A stretch of DNA of 63,671 bases, the filler included, from Octopus bimaculoides (lineage: Eukaryota), in the NCBI RefSeq assembly GCF_001194135.2. It is 7 parts of 6 records of this genome, joined end to end, with 100 filler letters (N's around TTAATTAATTAA, not from the genome) between each part and the next. Parts side by side here need not be neighbours in the genome. Positions count along the whole stretch, not along the records: positions 52,227 to 61,378 come from NC_069000.1; positions 61,479 to 63,671 come from NW_026418564.1; 5 more parts are not named here. One strand, given 5' to 3'. Made by a program: the position numbers and the translations under genes. Shown piece by piece: positions 52,347 to 63,671 of this stretch. Numbering within the stretch: the stretch's first letter is position 1; each line of letters opens with the position of its first letter. The notes under the pieces are model-generated. The model ran no database searches. It was not told the DNA's origin and saw only the letters and a list, made by a program, of their open reading frames with translations.

Positions 52347-53289
52347 GTCTGCACTCTAACACGTCTGCACTCTAACACGCACACGTACGCACATTAGCCA
52401 GAGCGCTGGGTTCATCGTCGCCATTCTGGTAACCTCCTGCATTTTCGTACAAGTTTCGACTTGTCATTAGCTATATTGTGCGAAAACAAAAGAGTGAGTC
52501 TGATATGGGAAACCCCTCACTGCATTGTTGTTAAGTCTGCGTGGTACACGATTAACAGACCTCTAAAGGTCAAATAGTCTCGTTATGGTGATTGCCTATG
52601 CGACACTAAAATGACACCATTTCCGTAGTTCACGGTTCACAGTAACAGTCACGGTTCTCTGCCTCGGATCCAACCTGACTACGCCCCTTGCTGTTGAGCT
52701 GTGTCGTCAGTGGTTGTCTTCATTGATTACTGATGGCCAAAAATTCTGAGATCCACAGACAATGGACCTTTCATTACGGCAGTCGTCGTAGCACACATTT
52801 GTGGCAATAAAATTCCCTCACATCTGTAGCTCTTACGGCACGGGATGTGTAGTAAAGGTGGGGGGCAACTATAATTCTCCTGCACCTCAATGGATGCATG
52901 CTCTGTTGAAGTGCTGAGTGGCAGAAATGATTATCTTCATTGGTAAACAACGGACGAACAGTGATAAGTTAAGACAGCTTCCTCTTCTCTTTTGTTTCTT
53001 TATTTCTTTCTCACATTCTCTCTTTTCCCGTTAATTAATTTTAAATATGACATTTGCTTGGTCATCGTTAAATTTGACAGACGAACCATCACGCACACGC
53101 ATGCATACATACACGCGTGCACACACACACACATGCACACACACACACACACACACATATTAATAATGTTGGTTTAGAATAATATGTTAGGATAATAACA
53201 ACGTAGGTATTAATTAGATTTCTTCTCCTGCCAAGGGGGATTTGATAGTTTCTTCAAACATACACGCACGCACGCACGCACGCACGCAT

Positions 53290-53324
<35 letters not shown>

Positions 53325-53651
53325 CATGTATACACACACACACACACACACATATATANNNNNNNNNNNNNNNNNNNNNNNNNNNNNNNNNNNNNNNNNN
53401 NNNNNNNNNNNNNNNNNNNNNNNNNNNNNNNNNNNNNNNNNNNNNNNNNNNNNNNNNNNNNNNNNNNNNNNNNNNNNNNNNNNNNNNNNNNNNNNNNNNN
53501 NNNNNNNNNNNNNNNNNNNNNNNNNNNNNNNNNNNNNNNNNNNNNNNNNNNNNNNNNNNNNNNNNNNNNNNNNNNATATATATATATATAAATATATATA
53601 TATTTATATATATATATATGTATATGTATATATATATATGTATATATATAT

Positions 53652-53810
53652 ATACGACGGGCTTCTTTCAGTTTCCGTCTACGAAGTCCACCCACAATGT
53701 TTTGGCCGGCCCGAGGTCACAGTAGAAGACGCTTGCCAAGGTGCCACGCAGCGGGACTGGACCTGGAACCATGTGGTTGGGAAGCAAACTGCTTCCCACA
53801 GAGCCACGTC
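53652..53810 (-). mobile_element. Family-B SINE 5' module
   Basis: Reverse complement of 1593-1760. Confidence 0.85.
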
Positions 53811-54054
53811 TGTGGATATTAATACAAGAAATAGCAATAATAAATTCTTAAATCGATAGAAGGTTAGAAATGCTGGTGTACATAGTTAGGCATTTAGATC
53901 ATCCCCAGTGTTTTACTGGTACTTTATCTTATCAATCCTTGACTGGCTAATGTCAAGATGAACCATAGACGGTTTGAACTCAGAGATTAAAGCGCCGTCA
54001 ATCAGGAGATAAGTGTTAGCATTTATTGGAAATGTGTGAGCACGCACGCACGCA

Positions 54055-54095
<41 letters not shown>

Positions 54096-54269
54096 TCACA
54101 CTCACACACACACACTTATACACACATAGATATTCATATGCACTTGCACATTAACATACGCATTCATATATATATATATATATATATGTCTCAAAATTAA
54201 AGCACCATTTAAATATACATTACATTTGAGATCCTGGTGGCAGCTTTATAGTATGTGCGTGCACTGACA

Positions 54270-54336
<67 letters not shown>

Positions 54337-54367
54337 ACACGTACAGACATGTACACATGCTCTCACG

Positions 54368-54412
<45 letters not shown>

Positions 54413-54693
54413 ATATATACGATCATACAATAAATATGATTAGTTAAAAATAAAATGTATGTGTGTGTGTGTGTGTGCGTGTGTGTGTATCTGAGTGTAT
54501 GTACGTACGTATGAAAGTGTCAATACGTGTGAGTGAAGGAGTTAAATTTATTCTGTCGTATTGTTTTCAAATTAATGCAAGATAACAAATAAATAACTAT
54601 ATGTGTGTATGTGTGTGTATTTGTGTGTATATATATGTATATATGTATATGTATATATATGTATATATATATCTATCTATATATGTGTGTATG

Positions 54694-54733
<40 letters not shown>

Positions 54734-54865
54734 CGTGTCTGTATGGTACTATGAATGCATATTTATGTGTATACATTTCTAAGAGGGGGAGACGAAAGGG
54801 AGAAATGAAGAAAAAGAGAAAGATAAATTGGCAGACAGATAGATTGCCAGCTAACTAGCTAAATT

Positions 54866-54911
<46 letters not shown>

Positions 54912-55844
54912 AAGTAAAGCTAAAATGTAATGAAGGGGAGAAAACGAACGGCGAGAAAGTGATAAGGGGAAATAAAAGAAAAGAAACAAGGAGAGAAGAG
55001 GAGGTATAAGAGGCAGTGGAGGAAGATGAGGAGGAGAAGAGGTGGCTGGGGTGGTTGAGATTTTATTCAATCAAAGACTAAGCTAATCACCAGAGAACAT
55101 AATTAAAGCGTAACAACAAGGAACGAAGCCAAAACAGCATCGCTAAAATGCGAAGAAGCGCCATCTTTGAGCAATTATCTGCGAATAATTGCGTATATGA
55201 ATCGACGTTTTACAGTATTGGACACCTAGAGAGCAGCTACTGAGACAAGAATGATTGCTATTAATTCTTGGACAAATGGTTGCAGTAAAAATTCTTTGAT
55301 ATTTTTACTGTCCCGCTATTTCAAAAAATCAAATTACATACTTTTGTTCGTATGTTTTATACGTTTATTGCATATATGTAGCTATATATTTGTCTTTGTG
55401 TGTGACTAACCGTGCGCCAGTATATGTGTATGTATGTATATATGCATATATCTATGTATGTGTGTGTATGTACATATGTATGTGTATATACAACCATGTA
55501 TTTCTTTATATTTATATTTTTGCATTTAAGATTTTAAATTTACTTTTCTTTTTGAGATTTAAAAATATTTTTATTCTTATCAAAATTATTAAAATTTTTA
55601 TCAATATTATTATTGCTTCTGTGTTTGTTGCTGTTGTTGTTGATGTTAGTGCATGTGATATTGTATGTGCATGTGGTGTATTCATCTTTAATATTTGTAA
55701 GATGTTGCTGCTGCTGCTGCCGCTGCTGTTCTCTGCGGTTTCATTGTTGCTGCTTTCAATAGTGTATTAAGATTATATCATGATCACGATTACCACCACC
55801 ACCACCACCACCACCACCATCTTTTCTACTGCCATTATTATCGG

Positions 55845-57122
55845 TGGATCAGAGCGCCGGACAAAATGCCTTGAGTATTTAGTTACTGTCCTTAACGATC
55901 CGAGTTCAAATCCCTCTGAGGTCAACTTTACCTTCCATCCTTCTGCGGCTCGATAAAATAAATTCCCAGTCAAGTACTCTGGTCATATAATCGATTATAT
56001 TCCTCCCTTGAATTTCTAGTTCTCGCATTTATATTAGAAATCATTATTAAATGTTCAAATACTTGAAACGATTTGTTAATTAGCTTGTAATGTTTTCAGT
56101 ATGTTAACGCCATCTTTAAAGTTTTGCTTGAAATTCTGAGTCGAAGAATTATCATTATTTTCCACTGATAAAGGCGGCGAGCTGGCAGAAACGTTAGCAC
56201 CCCGGGCGAAATGCTTAGCGGTATTTCGTCTGCCGTTAAAGTTCTGAGTTCAAACTCCGCCGAGGTCGACTTTGCCTTTCATCCATTCGGGGTCGATTAA
56301 ATAAATACCAGTTACGCACTGGGGTCGATATAATCGACTTAATCCGTTTCTCTGTCCTTGTTTGCCCCCTCTGTGTGTAGCCCCTTGTGGGCAGTAAAGA
56401 AATGAGAAACGTTAGCACACCGGGCAAATTGCTTAGCGGTATTTCGTCTGCCGTTACGTTCTGAGTTCAAATTCCACCGAGGTCGACTTTGCCTTTCACC
56501 CCCTCGGGGTCGATATAATCGACTTAATCCCTTTGTCTGTCCTTGTTTGTCCCCTCTATGTTTATCCCCTTGTGGGCAATAAAGGAATAAGAAACATTAG
56601 CGTGCCAGACAAAATGCTTAGTAACATTTCGTCCGTTTTTATGTTCTGAGTTCAAATTTCTCCGAGGTTCACTTTGCCTTCCATCCTTTCGGGGACGAGT
56701 ACTGTGGTCGATGTAATCGACTTGTTTCCTCTCCCGAAATTGCTGGCCTTGTACCAAAATTTAAAACTCATACGTTCTGAGTTCAAATTCCACCGAGATC
56801 GACTTTCATTCTTTTGGGGTCGATGAAATAAGTATCAGCTAAGCTCTCAGATCGATTTTATCGATTATCTCCCTCCTGCCAAATTTCAGGCCTTGTGCCT
56901 ATAGCAGAAAAGATTATTTTCCACTGAAGTTGGTGAACTGGCAGAAGCGTTAGAGTGGCGGAAAAATGCCTTGCAGTATTTGTTCAGAATCTTTTTACAT
57001 TCTGAGTTCAAACACTACCGAGGTCAACTTTTCGTCCTACGGAGTCGTTAAAATAAAGTACCTGTCAAACGTCGACTAACCACCACCCCACTCAATACTA
57101 CTAGTGTTATACCTAAATTAGA
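55845..57122 (+). mobile_element. Head-to-tail array of six family-A SINE copies
   Basis: Units start at about 55845, 56171, 56405, 56590, 56772 and 56925, each with gagttcaaa(t/c) and ggtc(g/a)acttt-like blocks. Confidence 0.9.
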
Positions 57123-57670
57123 AGCCAAGAGAATTAGTTGCCCAAGCACTCCTGATGATCAAGATGATTCGAGATCTGTGGAGACTTGAAAGTGCTTATT
57201 TTCAGAAAATATTCTGAATCTGCTACACTTTCAGTCCTCAAAATGCATGAGGAGAATTATGTCTGTGAGTTATTAACATCACGCCCTGAAGGGATGAATA
57301 AAATGACAGGGAAATTTCATCACATTTACACAAAACTGTTTGAGTAAATATTCTTCTTTTTCCTTTCTTTTTTCTTTTCTTCTTTTTTTTCTCTTTTTGG
57401 CTTTCTTTTTCTTTTTGTCAGTTGTAAACTTGAAAATTGAAGACTGATGATGCCTTCTGTCAACGTGGGAACGCAGGTTGCCCTCGGTCAAATGTTTGAA
57501 TTCCAATTTCTATAATATTGAATTTCTATGCATCACTTTTCCTTTTGAACTCGACAAAGTCAGGCAAGCTGTCGAAATACCGTTCAAACCAATAAAATAT
57601 CTATTGCAATCGCATCGCGCTCTTCGTATTCTCTATTTAGCTTTGTGAGACGTTACGTCAATCCCTTTAA

Positions 57671-57735
<65 letters not shown>

Positions 57736-57746
57736 CATTATTATTA
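57671..57746. repeat. (TTA)n microsatellite
   Basis: Direct. Confidence 0.97.
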
Positions 57747-59190
57747 TTGAGTGAGAGAACACTGCATGCCATCAAAGTGACACTGGGGTAAAATATACGA
57801 AGCCCAGTATACCCATCATGACTATCCGTCTCATAAGAGTACACCAGGCACATGCATCACAACCATGTGTGCGCGACATAGTGATCTCATATCAAGATTA
57901 ACAGCACATGACCTCGCAGGTGGGGTCCAGCGCTGATTTTGTAGTGTTTACATGTTTTCCAATGTAAATACTGTCTTAGTCTATGGTGGCGATTTTTGTA
58001 TTCGTTTGGTGTCAGCACAGGACATCCCGAGTCGAGATAATGTATTGTTTCGTCAAACGTATCGCAGAACCGTTTTGAGGAACGTTAGCCTGGTAGTTTT
58101 TGGTAAGCAAGCATTGATCTTGTGCCGCCAATGTGAAATCTTCAGTCTCTGCTTTCAGTCCTGAGCTTCTCAGCCACTGATGGGTTATTGCTGGGTCTAC
58201 ATCAGCATTACGGCTTCAAAGTATATACTGTCTATGCAGGGGTTTCTGGCAAGTTCATCGAAAACTGATACATCCACCCGCAGAGATTCGATCTCTTTTT
58301 GTATTGCTACTTTCCAATGAGGAGGTCTTTTGACATGGTTGGTCCTTTTCCGTGTCGTCCTGATACATAGTTGAGCAGTTACAACTGTAGCAGTGGAATA
58401 GAGGAGGTTATTTAAGGTTGTTAGGTCATTTCCCTTATTTCTTAAGATCTATCTGAGAGCAACAGATTATGTTATTTTTTATGCTGTTTAAGAGCATAAA
58501 TCTGAGAGCGACATGATCATGTTATTATTTTTATGCTGCTTGAGAGCTTTGGTAGCGGTTCTCTGTTGATCATGTCAGTAAACTCAGTCTTGCTTAGTTC
58601 TCTCATAATATCTTCTTTTGTTTTTATGATCTCTTTATTATTTACCTCAAATTCTGTCATCTCTATTTTTGTGCTTTTGAAGCAGGTCTAATTTCTCCTC
58701 TTTTTCCGCATGTCTGTTCTTCGCTACTGTCTTCAACTTCCTCGTTGGGATGTACTACTCATACATTGAGTTCTGTGCATCTTTTACCTATTTCATCTGC
58801 ATTGTTGCGTTTTGATTTAGGTGGTGTTTTGGTAGCGTCACTACAGGTCTATGGTTAGCGTTATCCTGGTTCTGGCTATCTGGTAGATCGTTTTTTTTTG
58901 AGAGTTAGTTCCAATAGCAGACTCTTCGATCCCAGTCTGGTTCCTCACTGAGTACCGCGGTTCTTGTTGTCCCGGGTGATAACCGATTGGACATGAGTTT
59001 CAGCTTGTCATTAAAGTATTGACGGGGACAATAAGAGACGGGTGTATTTGTTCAGAGTTGACTTTTTGACACGACATCACTTCCTTGTTCTTCGAATGGA
59101 TATATTTGTCATATTGTAGGCTGATAGATCGAAAACCACCTCTATTTTTTTTTTTGGTAGCTATGTTTTCGGACATAACTTTTTAGTGAT
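57747..59190 (-). mobile_element. R4/Dong-like deletion derivative (putative 5' region + zinc-finger region + shared 3' module)
   Basis: Minus strand 58170-57930 reads GLKAETEDFTLAAQDQCLLTKNYQAN..., then HWKTCKHYKI in a shifted frame. Upstream is a DMINREPLPKL-like N-terminal piece. 57747-57930 is near-identical to 60734-60917. Confidence 0.7.
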
Positions 59191-59194
59191 GTTT

Positions 59195-59645
59195 TAAACT
59201 GAGTGACTAATTTGCTATATTGCTCCTTGCTTTTGTGTTTCATAAGGAATACTGTTCTCCCTCTAATCATCCAATTAGGAATGACTTCTTCTGTCAGGCA
59301 ATCCTGAAGTTGTTCCCTCAGTCTCCTAAGTAAGCTACAAAATTTCTTTAACCGGTACCCTTGGACTAAATCTGGTCCCAGGCTCTTCCTATCGTCATTC
59401 TTCCTAACACTTTATTCATTAATTCACTAGGTAGCGCTTCTCACTTTTTATTATTATTCTGCATCCTCATTATGATTAACTGGCTTATCCCAAATATCAC
59501 TTCAGAACTTTCTTGCTGCTTCTGTATTACACTTCTCATCTTCAGAAGTTTCTTTTATAGGCGATAAAATCTCCTTTAGTCTATCTCAAACAATCTGTTT
59601 TGTTAATGCTGATTTATTCTTTTCTGAAATCTGGAAAGCTTACCT
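59195..59645 (-). mobile_element. R4/Dong-like LINE, start of RT domain
   Basis: SDIWDKPVNHNEDAE, KSLGPDLVQGYRLKKF and IPNWMIRGRTVFLMK. Confidence 0.8.
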
Positions 59646-59669
59646 GCTATAGGTATTATTATTATTGCC

Positions 59670-60189
59670 TTTGCACATCTTCTAACGCTGGAGATGTACT
59701 GCGGTGTCAGCTGTTCACTACCAGTGAATTCATGTAACACCTTTTATTTTTCGAACACCTTCCAGAATATTCGAGCGGTTCCAAGCAGTGCTGTTTTCTG
59801 CGAGTGCTCGACCCTTATTGCAGCCCCTATTCGTTCCACGTACTTCTCGAGATTTTTGCTCATTGTTCCTAGGGCTCCGACAATCATTGGCACTACTGCT
59901 ACCTTTTTCATCGTCCACAACTGCTTAACTTCCCAAGCTAACCTGTCATATCGCTCAACTTTTCTTCCTTCCTTATCGCATACCTTGTTGTCAGCTGGAC
60001 ATACTATATCTATGATCCAGCATAGTTTGTTTTCGTTCTCAATTAAGACTATGTCTAGCTTCCTATTCTCTATCTCATGGTCGCACTGAATCATAAAATC
60101 CCATAGGATCTTTCCATTTCTATTTTCGACGATGCCTTCAGGTTTGTGGTCGTACCAGTTTTTTGTTCTGTCAAGTTGCAAAGTGTCCA

Positions 60190-60190
<1 letters not shown>
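59670..60190 (-). mobile_element. R4/Dong-like LINE 3' end with restriction-like endonuclease domain
   Basis: ORF 59744-60190 reads WYDHKPE..KILWDFMIQCDHEIENRKLDIVL..IIDIVCP..KVERY..PMIVGALG..QKTALLGTARI. Flanked by TAA repeats on both sides. Confidence 0.92.
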
Positions 60191-60251
<61 letters not shown>

Positions 60252-60517
60252 NNNNNNNNNNNNNNNNNNNNNNNNNNNNNNNNNNNNNNNNNNNNNNNNN
60301 NNNNNNNNNNNNNNNNNNNNNNNNNNNNNNNNNNNNNNNNNNNNNNNNNNNNNNNNNNNNNNNNNNNNNNNNNNNNNNNNNNNNNNNNNNNNNNNNNNNN
60401 NNNNNNNNNNNNNNNNNNNNNNNNNNNNNNNNNNNNNNNNNNNNNNNNNNNNNNNNNNNNNNNNNNNNNNNNNNNNNNNNNNNNNNNNNNNNNNNNNNNA
60501 TTGTTATTATTATTATT

Positions 60518-60712
60518 AAAGTGGTGAGATGGCAGGATCGTTAGCGCGCTAGACGAAATGCTTAGCGGTAATTCGCCTGTCGCAACGTTCTGAGTTCAAA
60601 TTCCACGGAGGTTGACTCATCCTTTCATCCTTTCGGGGTCGATAAAATAAGTATCAGTTGAACACTGGTCCCCTTCTCCAAAATGCTGCCCTTGTGGCAA
60701 AATTTGAAACCA
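60518..60712 (+). mobile_element. Family-A SINE followed by (ATT)n
   Basis: Complete head, core and tail. Confidence 0.88.
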
Positions 60713-60733
60713 TTATTATCATTATTATTATTA

Positions 60734-61287
60734 TTGAGTGAGAGAGCAGTGCATGCCATCAAAGTGACACTGGGGTAAAATATACGAAGCCCAGTATACC
60801 CATCATGACTACCCGTCTGATAAGGGTACACCAGGCACATGCATCACAACCATATGTGCACGACATGGTGATCTCATATCAAGATAAACAGCGCATGAAC
60901 TCGCAGGTGGGGCCCAGTTAGAATTTTTTTCAGGTTGAGTAGCCTATCCCGCTCAAAAGGTCCCTGAATAAGGTTTGTTTAAGGATGTTGAACGAAACAA
61001 CCCATGTTTCCAGAGATAATTTATATAAACCCCAACGAATTCTTCTCAACACATGGCTATGATGTTCCCCCACTACTTCTGCTCATGATCAGAGATGCAC
61101 ATATCGTCAGCCACTAAGGGACATGCTCAACTGGTTAAGGTCAAACAACTGACAAGCAAATCTGTGGTATTAAGCAGAATATTTGCTGTAGCCCATCTTT
61201 TTATACCAAGACAAAACAATGTACATAACACTTCCTATCAGTTAGGATCAGAATCCGTGAGAGCCACTGCCTGGTACTGCTTCAGGG

Positions 61288-61289
<2 letters not shown>
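60734..61289 (-). mobile_element. About 555-bp non-coding element bounded by (TAA)n on both sides
   Basis: No recognisable coding motif and sharp TAA boundaries. Its 3' 184 bp also occur at 57747-57930. Confidence 0.7.
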
Positions 61290-61330
<41 letters not shown>

Positions 61331-61489
61331 GTTATCATTATTGTTCAGTAGTTTTATTTTTATAACGTGCTTTCACTTNNNNNNNNNNNNNNNNNNNNNN
61401 NNNNNNNNNNNNNNNNNNNNNNTTAATTAATTAANNNNNNNNNNNNNNNNNNNNNNNNNNNNNNNNNNNNNNNNNNNNTGTGTTTCCAA

Positions 61490-63505
61490 TCAAACTGACT
61501 CCAAGCCAGCAGTTTGGAAGATGACTTGACCACAGTGGGCCTGGGGTATTAGTATGGTCTGTGGGTGATGCTCACTGGGACTGACCGCTACAGCTGCTGC
61601 CGACGTTGGTGTAGTTTCAGCATCTGGCAAAATACTTCGATACGAAACATTCATCATAGTCACATCTGACATATCATAGTCGATTGTCTCACCCTGGCAT
61701 TCTGCTGTTATCACCAGGTGGTGCTGTTGGCTGTTGTGTAGTGCAGCTTCTAGCTGGACATGATTGCTGTTGGTGACCACCACATCGTCTGGATCGACAA
61801 TGAGACTCAGCGTATTTGCTGCTGCTACTGGTGCAGCTATCACTAACGAGCCTTCGGTCATTACTGCTGCTGGTTTTGGCAGACGCGACTTGGTCTGTTG
61901 CACACCGTGCATTTTCAGCTCATGCCGCTGTAAATGATGCTTGTGACGGAAAAGGTATCTGAACAGCGGAACTTTCCCTGTGTGGTGTGAGCTCGGAAGT
62001 GTGCCTGGCACATTACATCGGTCTTGAAACGCCATGTGCAACCAGGAAAGGTGCATGCAAATGGCTGGATGGGGTCGTGGACCCGTTTGTGCTTGTTGAG
62101 TGTTGACTTGTCCGTGTAGGCAAACCCGCATATGTCACAGATGACACTGCCCTCATTGTGCAGCTGACGATGTGCATGAATTGCCGCATTAATTTTTGAT
62201 GTGAAACCACATTGCCTGCACCGGTATGCTCCTTTTTTGTGTGTGCGTTCGTGTGCAGCCAAGTAGGTGCGAGTCTTGAAGCCCTTTCCACATGCCTCAC
62301 AGAACATTGCATCTGTCCGGCGGATCTGTGTGTGCTTACGCAGATATCGTAACCTGTTAAACACCTTTGTGCATTTGGTGCAAGGGTATGACCCAAGGAG
62401 GTCTTGTTTCTCAATGCTTCGTACTCTCTTGTTGGTTGAGCTTGTCCTGGTCTTGAAACGGTTGACCATTGATTTATTATAATCCGACATCTTCATCAGC
62501 CTCTGGTTGTCACCAACGGGAACAGCGCCGAGATCAGATACAGAAGTGGAGGGGGCTTGATTCAATATTTCTGGATGTTTGTCTCGCATGTGGTTTATCA
62601 TGGAACTCTTCCAATGTGTCCGAAACGGACAGTGAACACACTTGAATGACTGCTTGCCATAGGTGAACGAGTTGCCACGGACGATGCTGGTCACCAGGAC
62701 AAATGTAAAGTCAGGTCTTGAAGTGGTGGAAGTTGTGCTCTCCGATTCAGAATGCATCGCAGATGAAGGCCGTAGTCCGGACAGGGGGACAGAATGCTGA
62801 GCGTCCATATCATCCTCATTATCATCTTCGTTGTTGGACGAAGAGTGTTGGTCAGCAGTGCTTGATTGCAGTGGGTCACTGAAGGTTGCTGTTGTGTCCA
62901 GTGAAATCGATGGTAGCAACGCTGTTGGTGGCAGTGTCGGTGGTGGAGTTGTTGCTGAAGCATTGTTGAAGTGTTCTGATAGATTAATTAATTCTTTAGA
63001 CATATTGATCACCACCTCCTCTTCATCCTCCTCATCATCATCATCATCATCCTCCTCCTCATCATTGCCATTATCTTCTTCTTCTTCTTCTTCTTCTTCT
63101 TCTTCTTCTTGCTGTAAGCTCTGCATCACTGTGGTAGCGCCCCCTTTGTTGATGATAGCTGGGTGCATAAGGCTGATATTTTCAGCACTGTCATCCACCG
63201 AGTGAACAAGAACAACATCCTCACTGTTGCTGACCTTATCATTGTTGTTGTTGTTGTTGTTACCAATGCATCTTCTTCCCATTTGCGTATCAACCACAGG
63301 ATGCACTCCTTCAACAGGGCCACAGATCTTCCGGCTGCTATTGCTGACCCGTGCTGGGCCTGAAAGCTGTGGTCTCGAAGAGTCGGTAAGGACCACTGAG
63401 CTGTTGTGTTGCTGTATTGAAGAAAACTGGGGATGGATAGACAGAGCACCACCACCACCACCACCACTGACATCAGCAGCAGCAGCAGAACTGGCAACAG
63501 TACCT

Positions 63506-63541
<36 letters not shown>

Positions 63542-63671
63542 AGAGTAGTAGTAGTAGTAGTAATAGTTGTACCAAGTGTCGAGGCTAAGGAGAAACCTCC
63601 GATGATACTTCTATTCTCGTCGCCTTCTGCTCCAGTCTCTCCCTGTTGAACCATCAAGATGTTTGTTGTGC
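61490..63671 (-). CDS. C2H2 zinc-finger protein, 3' part (about 7 fingers); frameshifted near 61960, possible pseudogene; 5' end outside window
   Basis: The frame is open from the window edge. Fingers include CVHC..HMRDKH, CTKC..HTQIR, CEAC..HERTH, CRQC..HRQLH, CDIC..HKRVH and CTFPGC..HFRAH, plus a broken seventh finger whose remainder YLFRHKHHLQRHELKMH lies in another frame ending at TGA 61490. No introns are visible in this span. Confidence 0.9.

Noticed and set aside
52390-52970. GC-richer block, possible LINE endonuclease remnant (VVKVGGNYNSP)
   Set aside because: Only one weak motif; it cannot be assigned without a search.
56171-56800. CRISPR-like regularly spaced repeats
   Set aside because: The context is eukaryotic, and the repeats are whole SINE units with homologous sequence between them rather than unique spacers.

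Overview
AT-rich, microsatellite- and transposon-dense animal DNA from a gapped draft assembly. The SINE families and the C2H2 zinc-finger gene suggest a cephalopod, probably Octopus; this is an inference, not a database result. I can support two host-gene signals. One is a single 122-nt spliceable exon of PRPF38A (9164-9285, +). The other is the 3' part of an uninterrupted C2H2 zinc-finger gene (61490 to the window end, -), which has a His>Arg change in finger 2 and a frameshift that a 7-nt insertion would repair into a canonical finger. Most other interpretable sequence is decayed mobile DNA: RTE LINEs, a Hero-type (R2-superfamily) LINE, R4/Dong-like LINE pieces beside (TAA)n tracts, hAT and mariner remnants, Helitron pieces, and many tRNA-derived SINEs including a six-copy head-to-tail array. 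The best second-look items are minimal hammerhead-ribozyme-like motifs in Penelope-like remnants and a possible (TAA)n-targeted LINE with a non-autonomous partner. Also notable are a 5.2-kb TIR/8-bp-TSD element splitting an RTE copy and several long fold-back palindromes. I see no clear wholly new system; these are candidates. All alignments and counts were done by eye.
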